A stretch of 64,000 bases of DNA. Source: Marsupella aquatica (taxonomy: Eukaryota; Plantae; Marchantiophyta). Below are positions 24,980 through 35,418 of this stretch, piece by piece. The stretch covers positions 2,788,380-2,852,379 of the forward strand of contig OZ316898.1 in the NCBI GenBank assembly GCA_973895155.1, in the 5' to 3' direction. Each line of letters opens with the position of its first letter. Within the stretch, counting starts at the first letter, position 1. The notes beneath the pieces are model-generated. The model was not told the DNA's origin. It worked only from the letters and a program-made list of their open reading frames with translations, and ran no database searches. The position numbers were made by a program, and so were the translations under genes.

Positions 24980-25680
24980 AGGATCGCCCTAGCGTAGTAG
25001 CGTGTACCGCGACTGCGATGCTCTAAAGTCAGGGCCGATAATTAAAACCAATTCCTACGTACAACTTAATAAGTATCCGAAGAGTCGGAAGCTCCGTACC
25101 TCGTATCCGGATTCTCAGTACTGTACTGTATACCCCTTTTCACTCCTGGTCATTGTCCGGAGTACTGGTTGACATCACCTTGTCCGGCTCGGACTTCGGG
25201 TCGACATCATCAAACCGTCATCCTCGTTCGGGCACGAGCCTACTTGCGCTTCGGCGTTCCCTCAAGTCCAGCAAGTGGGGCCACGTGTGTCCCCCAGAGA
25301 CGTCCAAGTAGGGTGGCGAATTGGCAATCTCATGACAAACAAACGATTATGTCCGCTCTGCGCCACAAGAAACAAAAACCTACTCCACCGCCGCGGAAGC
25401 AATACTAACGGACAATAACCAATTAACACCATCCTTCTGCATTGGCTGAAATTGGGGAACACAAGTAGTCTAGTCTAGTGGAGACTCTAGAGTAACAGTT
25501 CGGCTGTCGACCAGGCTTTTCCGTCGGTTTCCGTCTTCGCGCGAGACCTTTCGATGTACCGCATCGACGGAGGCTGTCGTCCTGTCTCGCTTTTTCCCAA
25601 AGACAGCGGTGAGAGGAGAGCAACTTCGGAGTGCTGCCATTTGCAGCTACGCCCGCCACAAATTGTTTTCAGTCGTGATT
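24980..25680. promoter_or_regulatory. CpG-rich island with GTAC cluster and G-box, no associated ORF
   Basis: High CpG content amid CpG-poor flanks. GTAC at 25004, 25059, 25096, 25118, 25123 and 25162; CACGTG at 25282. Confidence 0.45.
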
Positions 25681-27560
25681 AATGGGAGGAAATGAATGGT
25701 CCGTTCCCATTGGTTCAGATGCGGAGATCAGAATATGTATACTTTTACCAATAGACAACCGTATTGGTGAAGATTCCCATGGAAGATACTGAATCTAATC
25801 GAATCGATGTGAACTCACAAGTTGTAACAATATTGATGGAGGTAAATTACAGGACCGCATACAAGGGTGAGCTGGAGCAGCACCCAACCAGGTCAGCATT
25901 TTCCGAGACTCTTGGTGTCTAATAGGGGTATTTTCCAAGGCTTTTTCTTTCTGTTCAATAATTTGAGGTTTTTTTTCCGCTGCCAAGGTTCACTATGCGA
26001 AGGAAGCGATGCTAAGAATATTTGTAATCTAATTTTCCAAGATTGATTATTGAACCCTAGATTTCTTTAAATTTAAGGATAAGTGTCGGCCGATGGGGTC
26101 TATGACTGTGGAAAATTGGCTAATTGATGAAAACAAACCTGATAAATTCATGTCAATAGTGACAAAGACATTTCAGAGAGGTGGAATCCAGCCCACTAGG
26201 AAAACAGCAATGTACATGCTTGGTATCTAAATAGGGGGGTTCTGGTTACCAACTTCATTAAAAATATTATAGATACAAAGAATATTCCTTGTCAACAAAA
26301 AATCAGATAGCTTTTTACTAACTTGTCCCCCAAACTATCCTACATTACTAATATGCCCTCATTTCTTGTGGGGTTAATATTAACTTGTATACAGGTTCTC
26401 ATTCCATGTGGCAAGTTGCTACTGGCTGACCTCAACCCGCCATGACACCCCTTGGCCGCCCTTCCCTTTCCCTGTTGCGGACTTGTCCCTTCCCCTTCCT
26501 TCGAGTGCCTCTCAGACCTGTCACTATCCGAGAAGGGACCTGTCACTGTCCGAGAGGCACGAAGACATGTTATTTTTTTCTCCACACTCCCCTCAATTTT
26601 AATCAGGAAAACTCAATGGGGAAGGGGGAAGTAACAGCTATCAAGGAGGATATGGGGTGAACTCTTGCTTGCACATCATGGGAAATTCTTGGAGGGAGGT
26701 CCCACAAGGTGGCCAAAGGAGTCGGTGTGACATTTTTGGTTGCAACCATTTTCCCTCCCAAATAGTAGTCCTATGAGGAATACCAGATGCAACATTGACA
26801 CTCCCTAATAATGATGCTTCAGAATATTTAATGGTTTGTATCCATGGTTGAGATTTGTCATTCCCTATAGAAAATCTTTTATAATAACGATGCACTTATC
26901 TTAACCTGGTTTAAATCATGTATGCCCTACCTAGACCTGGCAAGAAATTCCTCCCTTGAAGAAGACTCTCTTATTTGGTCAGACATGGAAGCTCTAGATC
27001 TGGTAGGGTATGGAGACAGTAGGGACACTTCAAAGACTATCACATACGGTCAAAGTCTATCGACTGGCCCATGGCTAATTTGAAAGATGTGCTTAGTTCA
27101 GGCTGTTGGAAGTTTCAGGGCTATCATGGCACGGTCTGGGCAGGTCAAAAAGAATAAACCAGGGCACCATGTAGTATCCATCCAATGATAAATAAATACA
27201 TATTCATATTATTTGACAAAAGCTTTATGAATAATAAGCCTCGATGGATCAGGGGTTTGCCTTGCCCATCCTCACGGACTGCATAAAGGTTAATTTACAC
27301 AATGAGAAAAGTGACCAATTGCTTTAGGAGGAATGTTTCAATTTTGCTAAGCATGTCTCAAGTAGTTTTTCCATGCACCCCAACCAGGTGTAACCTGTTT
27401 GTTTTTAGACCTCTTTTGTATCTTCTTTCATCTCAAATGTTACCAGCACATTCTCTAATGTTATCCATTCACAAGGTTTCAGATTTTTCTAAGATCGTTT
27501 GCTCCATTTCTGACTAGCACAAAAGTGATCAAATACTATCAACTGATTGCTAATGGACGC

Positions 27561-27670
27561 TTCAGTTTTGTGAAGGACGCTTTGAGTAATTTGGACATGA
27601 ACCACAAATTACCAATTTTGGGACGAACTCTTCAGGTTTGTGAAGGATGCCTTGAGTAGTTTGGACATGA
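27561..27670. repeat. Diverged 40-bp direct repeat
   Basis: ttcag(t/g)tttgtgaagga(c/t)gc(t/c)ttgagta(a/g)tttggacatga at 27561-27600 and 27631-27670. Confidence 0.75.
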
Positions 27671-28629
27671 GGCCCGACATGAGGAGCTGCAACATACTGT
27701 CAGGTGACTAACTAAAACTGGCTGCAAACTGTCAGGGCCTGTTCACGGGTCAGATTTCAGTCAAACCATAAAAGGTGTTACCGGATTCTATTTAGACATT
27801 CTGTGCCAATCCATCCAAGCTTTGGAAATCCATCCGAGCATTACTTCTAAGACTTTCTAAAGAATAGGAAATGAAACAAGGTGTTCAAAACACACAAATG
27901 AAGAATGGTTTGCATTGTTAATCTTTTATAAAATGAAATAGACTGTATCAAATTCAAAATTTGAATATCTACAACTATAATAAGGGATCCCACCTTTTTT
28001 TGGTCCTTCGTCCCGATACAAAAATGTTCCTCGGCAGGAAAGATCCACAGCCATTGAATTCAATTAACTGTTTTCATTGACCATTGATGGAAGAAATGCA
28101 CACCCTGGCACATATATGCTGCCCCATAAATACCCCGGCCGAATGGGCATAGGGCTCGCTTAAACATATTTACTTTATATACTGAGGGTGTTTTATTTAG
28201 ATCACTATCTTACGTTATATCCCAAAACATACATTAAACTAACTCCCCGAGGGCATTTTATGACAGGCATAGAGCCCACAACATATATCTCAGCTCTATG
28301 GACGATCCAAATAGTCAAGTTCATTGGCCCTAGTCCATGGCCATACATAATAAGTGGTCCCTTGGGTGCTACTTCCAGTTTCCACAATTGTCAATGAAGC
28401 TCGGCTGTGACTCCAGTACTCCCTTTGAACCTGATTGACCGCTCCCATAAGTAAGGATAATTTTGTTTTGTTCAGAACTTGATGCTCACCAAAATGGCTG
28501 GCCATCCAACTTGGACAGACCTAACAGGTTTTGAGACTCAAAACAGACAAATCGAGTTAAGCAACATTTAAAAACTATTATTCTACCCTGTCTCTCAGTC
28601 AGGCATTTTTTTTCTTTTGCACTAAAATA

Positions 28630-29040
28630 TAGTTGAGAAAAGATCCACCTTACCCAAAACGAGCCAAACAAGTACAAAAAAGGTCAAGAGAGGACCAATA
28701 GGGAACTCAAAAGAAGGGGGCCAAGTGCAAACCCCAAAAACCAAGAAAGAAGAAAAAGTAGAAAAACTATCATTGCAATAGTGTGATGATAGCCACATCT
28801 AGTGTAGCAACTAAGTCTGCAAGTGGAACATGGATGTACTCTAAAGTGGCAAGACTTTGCTGAGCCAGGCTAGTATCCATTGCCATAGATCTTTCTGGCT
28901 TGAGTACATTTAAGATCATTTTGTTCGAGACAAAAGGAAAATGACTTAAGGACTTGGTTGAGAAATTGATGTTCAGATGAACCGCAACTTTGCACCACCC
29001 AACTGGGATGGACCTAGGAGCTTTTGACACTCAAAATTGT
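28630..29040 (-). mobile_element. RLE/CRE-type LINE 3' fragment, copy 2
   Basis: Minus-strand QQSLATLEYIHVPLADLVATLDV aligns with copy 1 PQRLAPLEDIPVPLVNLVSTLDV. LKCTQARKIY matches LQRAQARTVY. Similar T-rich tail (tctttcttggtttttggggttt). Confidence 0.7.
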
Positions 29041-29439
29041 GACCATTCCTACTAAAGCAAGATATTGTTTGATGTTTGAAATTATCCGTCTGGTTGCAGT
29101 CTACAGTAGCTGAGGTTGTTTTGTGACTAGCAGACCATTATTGACCAAAGAGCTCTCTAGATACACAGTCTGATTAACAAATGATATGCTTACTTGGTCC
29201 CATTTGAGGACTTGAGGGCCCATTGAGGGATAGTTGATGTGGAGTGTGGTTTCTACAGTTTTCATAGCTCATTTATTCAAGGGATTCATTGATTAAAATC
29301 TGGATTGAAGTTTTCAAAAGATCTTTGGGTTTGTGAGAAAAACAGTCACAAGTGCCACCAAATTCTTGTGAAGCCAACCTAACACTAGTATGCATTTCAA
29401 CGAAGATAAAACAATGGTCCATCCTAACTCTTCACTGTA

Positions 29440-29980
29440 ACTATGTTACTCACTCCTCGACTCACTCATTTGAGAGCAGAGAAATTTTGGCTCTACTCAC
29501 TAACTAGTGTTACTCACACTATTTCCGTTGTAACCCGCTTTCTGCATGCATAAGTTAGTGTTACTTTGGAGTCAAGAGGGGAATTTTGTGAAAAAGTCTA
29601 TATTGAAAAATAGACAAGAATTAGTGTTTATTGGATTCAACATCACCAAATATTTACTAACACTGTAAACCAAAGGGGATAAAAACTGTTTTCAAAAGCT
29701 GACAATATTAGTGTTACTTTGGACTCAAGATCCCTTAACCAAAATTAGTGTTACTTTAATAATTTTTGTTACGTTGGCCTCAATATCCCTTTACCAAAAT
29801 TAGTGTCACTAACACAAATTTAATAATTAGTGTTACTAACACAAATCTAATAATTAGTGTTACCTTATTCTCAAGATCCCTTTACCAAAATTAGTGTTAC
29901 CTTATTCTCAAGATCCCTTTACCAAAATTAGTGTTACTAACACTAATATGGAATGACATGAATTATTGCATAACACTAAC
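29440..29980. repeat. Array of aattagtgttac-type repeats, including a 39-bp tandem duplication
   Basis: About 10 copies of (aa)ttagtgttac; the unit attagtgttaccttattctcaagatccctttaccaaa occurs twice within 29853-29930. Confidence 0.8.
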
Positions 29981-29999
29981 TATCGTGAATGTTTGTCAA

Positions 30000-30450
30000 A
30001 ATGTCATGGTCCACCCAGATTTATTTTCGCTTGGGCGAAGTTGACCTGGAAAGAAGGACCTGAGCGTAAAGAAAACCTGTTGACCTGAAAGACGCCGGAA
30101 GAGTGGCCCTGCGAAATCACCGGCACTGTAATTCGCAGAAGGAAGATCGTATTTTCTGCAATTTGGTACGGCCGATACGGTACGGAGTTGAAAGTGCTTC
30201 TTGTAACTAAGAGCGTACCTTCGGGGCTTTCAGGTACTACGGTGGGTCCTACTCTTTCCGAGTGAGGTATAGCAACGTCCTTCGAGAAACTCACGATAAC
30301 ACAAGAGTTGTGTGATATCTCGGAATGTTTGTGATCAACGAGATTCCCTCGTTTTGAGTTAGTTTGGACCTTTTCTAATGGTAGTGATGAGTGGGTGTGC
30401 GCTTTTTGGACTAGGGTTTAGGAACAGTCATTGCAATATTAATAAATTAT
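30000..30450. promoter_or_regulatory. CpG-rich island with GTAC cluster, W-boxes and telo-box
   Basis: TTGACC at 30041 and ~30080; GTAC at 30166, 30180, 30215 and 30234; TAGGGTTT at 30412. Confidence 0.35.
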
Positions 30451-30884
30451 ATTATAAGAAACTAATAAAATACTCATTTATTTTGATTTTGGTGTTTGTT
30501 CCCCGGCCCTCATTTGCTCTTACTGAGTTGCACTTTATTTGATGTTTTCTTTCAGAAATGAATATTTTAAAAATTTCCAATACACAAATCGAGCGAGCTT
30601 ACGCATTCATAAGGGTGAGGATTGTTGATTTTAGGGCCTTTAGTAAGATTGTCCTGCTTGACCCTCTTATGTAGCTCACATGGGAGCTCTATGGCTCTTC
30701 AGTTTGCTGGTCTTTGGTTGTTCTTGTGCAAGGCTTTTGCCTAGGGATTTGGGGTCTATGTGCCCTTTTGGTTTGTCCCCTTGATTGAGTCTTTTGTTTG
30801 TGGGATCTTGTCTCGGGGTTGGGTAGCCTTATTTTTTGGCAGTTTATAAAATATGAGTACACAACCCGCACAACCTGAATGGAC

Positions 30885-31290
30885 TTATTCATGGATGGAT
30901 GGGTCTCACCAGAACCTCACTATCCATCTTGACCACTCACTTTTTTCAGCGTATTTCAGTGGCCTGACAGCATGCCAGAGCTTGAGAAACTTATTGTCGA
31001 TCCCTCAGAGTGGCTACTGTGCCTCTCCAGACACTAGCCCCCCTAGAGGACATTCCTATCCCACTTGTTGATTTAGTTAGGACAATGGATGTGGATCATT
31101 AACTTTTGTCACATTTTCCGATATGGACACTAGTTCGTTGAGTTCCCCCTCATGTAGTGTTTGATACTTGTCCGTTTCTCTTCTTCCTTTTCTAGGATTG
31201 GACTTGCTTTTCTTTTGCTTTGTTTGGTGTTTGTCCTCTTTGGACCTCTTTTTCTTTCCTTTGATTTACTTTATTTTTTGTGATTATTAT
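30885..31290 (+). mobile_element. RLE/CRE-type LINE 3' fragment, copy 3
   Basis: IHGWMG...LTTHFFQRISVA*QHARA...LAPLEDIPIPLVDLVRTMDVDH*, stop 31100-31102. Clear nucleotide match to 8880-9120 (ctagcccccctagaggacattcct). T-rich tail with shared ggacctct. Confidence 0.85.
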
Positions 31291-34200
31291 ATATCACAGA
31301 GCCCAAAGGCAAAATAGGTCGAACCAGGAGACATGATCCCAAAGGCAAAACAACTCAATGGATTTATAAATTTTGGTGGAAGATTAAAAACAAAATATAC
31401 AGGGTAACACTTTGGAACAAATTTGAAACCTTCTATAGTGCTATTGTCCTCAAGCCAAGCTCTTTGTTGGAAACCACAGACCACGTAAAGGAGTAAAAAA
31501 CACATACGTGTTCGCGACGATGAGATGTTTCTGCCAAAAAAGCAAATCAAATCTTTGACAATCTTGAGTGGGCCCTGTTCTTGATTGGTTTTGTCGTCAT
31601 TTGCCAGTATTCTAACTTCTTTGCTGTTCTTTCTTGGTGTTTGAGATCGTGTGACTTGGTATATTTTAATTTTCTTCTTTAATATATACATATACCTTGA
31701 GCAGCCATCTATCGGATCAATCTTGTTGGCAGTTATTGATATTACCTATATTAATACTGCCAGGTTACCTTCAGATAATACCCTTGACAGACGACAGAAT
31801 TGTTTCTTTATTGGGAACAAGTCATTCGTTTGCTACGCGGAAATGAGGTGATACCTTTGGCTCAAGTACACACAGAGTTGAGGTAACATTGTAACAACGA
31901 TGTCGATGTGGTTTACTTTGGAGTTTTGTGGGATGTACACAATCATATCAGATAGAACTTTATTTCTCAATCATCTCAAAAAGACATTTTGTCTCATACG
32001 GACAATAACTCTATGCTGAAGCATATCGTGCACATTGGAATGTGTTAATGAAGACCTCATAGGAATATCAAATGCAATTGTTTTCATAGGCCAGGTTGAG
32101 TAGCCACCTTGGCATTGGATACAACTCGAAATCGACTTTGACAGACTACGATTGCCCTTGATTCGCTTCTGAATTCATACACTTTAAGTCCTAAGAGATT
32201 TATATTTTACCTATTTTAATTAACAGTAGCGGAGAAGTTATATAGTGACCAAATCCAGATCTCAGATGTACATCCATTACATAGAAGCACCAAAATGTAC
32301 TAAGGGAAAAAACACAAAGGGCTATAAATTCAGTGTCATGTATCTAAAATTTCTTTCAAGGAGTATGAGCTTAGAGAAGATGATCTTGATTTTCCATAGG
32401 ACTAACAAGTCATTGTGGTTTATCCATGTTGAAGAAAACTACGGAAAACTCCCAAAACCTACAAAGTGAATGACAGTCCATGTTAAGGAAGGAATTTTGA
32501 CTCACACATGCTTGTTTCAAACTATTTGAGATGACTATCTAACCCACCCTTGGAAAAGGTAGGGGGACAGTTCGAGTCATTTTGAAAGAGGGAAACTCTA
32601 CTATCGGTGTCTATAAAGTTTGGGTCTAAATTTGGTTGTACCGTCGAATTTTAGGGTGACACTGTTAGATTTCCCAATTTAGGTCAAACGGGCACAAACT
32701 CTTGAATCTGAATACTTTATACGAGTATACATATACGTAGTGATGAGATGAGAGACTCTTCACGATAGGACCAATGACTAGTTCTAAGATGCAAGAATCC
32801 ATAATTAAACCATACAAGCTACCCACATGCACATGTTTCCTCTTTTTTTCTTTCTGTTGTGAACAAGGAAACCTCAGTGGCCTTACCCACGAGCACATGC
32901 ACGTGGTTTCGTGTACTCTCTCGAAAACATTTGCCACCAATAACTCTGCAAACGCAAACAGCCAAACAGAGCCATGCCCAATTCTTCTCCGGCTTCCAGT
33001 GGGTACAGCCGTGTACCCCAAGCCAACTAGCCAAGGCATCAGAAAAGCAAACCTCCACAAATTGGTTTTCTTTTTATATTGTTAATTAAAACAAACAAAC
33101 TCTAGTGTATTGCCTGGAGATTAATATCTGTGCACAAAACAGCGCATTGCAGGGGATTGGGTTTCACCCTGGTACAGTGAGTGACAGCTATGTTCGCTAC
33201 CATAGCATTGGGGCTTTTGTGCCCTGGTCTTGGATGATCCACACTGTTTTCCTTTTGCATTTGTCAGGGAGAAGAACTGGTAGTTGCCCTGGCCATACAG
33301 TTCACAGAGGATGGTAAATTGTTGGCAACCACCTCTCATATTTATTTCAAAATTGCATATACCAGGGCCATGACCAAAGGTGTCTCGTCACAATAAGCTG
33401 ATACTATTGTTTAGGGCTCATATAGTTTCCAAAAATAAGATTTCGATGCTACTTTTCCAAGAAAAGGTTCTGGGCCATTCAGGGTCCTGCATCATCCAAG
33501 TGGACTAAAGTTGAGCCAGCCATCAGATTTTTGTAGATCGCAGGATCCTGAAATATGGCTCAACTAACCTCATCTCAGGGTCGGTTTTGGCCAATTTTCC
33601 CAGTTCTCATAATTTTTCCTTCGTCAAGGTAAAACCTTTGGGCAGTTTTTAGCCAATACAAATGCTGGATCTCTGGTTTCGACTGGATGGCGTTTTTTTC
33701 TTGAAATTGGTGGGAGGTAATGGTACTACTGCCCAGGAGAGCAAGCCGTGCAGCTTCGGTGATGGCTGCTGTTGTTTTTGCTGTAACGGTGATTGTTGAC
33801 AAAATAATTCAGATTCCTAGATTTCTGTATAAATATAGACAAATATAGATATATTTTAGATAGATAGATGTGAATCAACTGCATTTCTACAGCACTCTGT
33901 AAGCTCAATGGACTTGAGACTCGTGGCTCAAATAGATTTGCTCTCCATTTCATGGGGCCATCATGAGTGATCCACCCGAGATAGAAGGCGGTGAGAATAT
34001 GTCTTCAGCCATCACTTCAGAGTCCAACAGTACAGTGCGAGAAGGAGATCTTATTCTGCACGAAAAGGGAAGCCTCCACCGCATGGCGAGCTGTGTTGTT
34101 TGTTGTTGGGTTGGAAGTGTTAAAAACCAGCCCATCTCACACTTGGGTCAGCTTTTCCACCACCAAAAAGCAGTTGATGACCTGATCAGTCAGTGATGCA

Positions 34201-35340
34201 GATCATGGATTTTTTAATTCCTTTTTCACCAAGGAGTCGAAGTTTGAAGTGATGTCCCACTAAGACCATCTCCACCACTGCTCCTTGTTACCTAATGGAC
34301 CCCCAAGTGAACCAGATGGAGAGATAACTTGACAGTTACCCTCTCCACCTGTAACCCATAACCTATAACCCTTATGTCTAAACATTATAGGTAAACTTCC
34401 AGATCCAAGCTGTCAACTGCCAAGTTTAGCAAGAAAGGCTATTACCAAACCAGGGCTCTATTCAGGCCTTTAATGGTGGTGGGGGGAGGGAGGGGTTGTG
34501 GATTGTTGATGGAAATATTGTCATCTCATTGTCCATAAAACACACCTCTATTTCTATTGTTTGGGGAAACATGGGCCACCTATCTGGAGATGGTCCAAGG
34601 GAAGTGCTTTTCACCTTATGTTTTCACCACAACACATCTGACATAGTAACATTACAGTTCAAATATTTCTATTTTTCCTCACCAAGGAGTCAAAGTGTTG
34701 AGTGGTCTCCCACTAAGGCGGTATGTTTTGCTGTGAACATCTGCCACAGTAAGTTGTTTGTACATCAACATGAACAGTTACATGACGGAATAATTTGTCG
34801 GATCCAGCCCTTATGGCTCCATGGATTTCCTTACTGTTAATCCCAGTACACAAATGGAAGTAGGAATTTGGCCAACTTATGCCAACGAAAATGATAAGTT
34901 TTCCCTTGTCGAGAGAAAGTTCATCGTTCACAACGAATGTTGACTCCCAAACTTGTTACTCCGTGTGGACTTTTATCTATCGATTTCTACTTTCTCTAGG
35001 TACAGTACTGCACAGACATTGTCCAAGTCATAAAGTGAAATAATAAAATAGATAAAGATTCGTCCGTGTCATTTATGACGTCCAGATCTACGGCTGTTTT
35101 TTCATTCCGATCCTACACCATGGCATTGGCCGTCGATCTGATGCACGTCAGACCAATCAACGCGGAGAATCTTGGCGAGTTAAGCCCATTATGAAGGAGA
35201 GTAACGAGGCAAACAAAGGGGATCTGCGATCTTCTCTTCTCTGCAAAAGGATTGGCTAAAATTGAGGATCGGCGTTCTGGTACCTCCTAAAAACTCTTGT
35301 ACGAAAAGTCCCATGTGTTATTGCTCTTGTGTTACCCTGT

Positions 35341-35418
35341 TGGTAATCACACATCAAAATGTGATTGCATTTATTGATTGGTAATCACACATCAAAATGT
35401 GATTGCATTTATTGATTG
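35341..35418. repeat. 38-bp perfect tandem duplication
   Basis: tggtaatcacacatcaaaatgtgattgcatttattgat x2. Confidence 0.9.
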
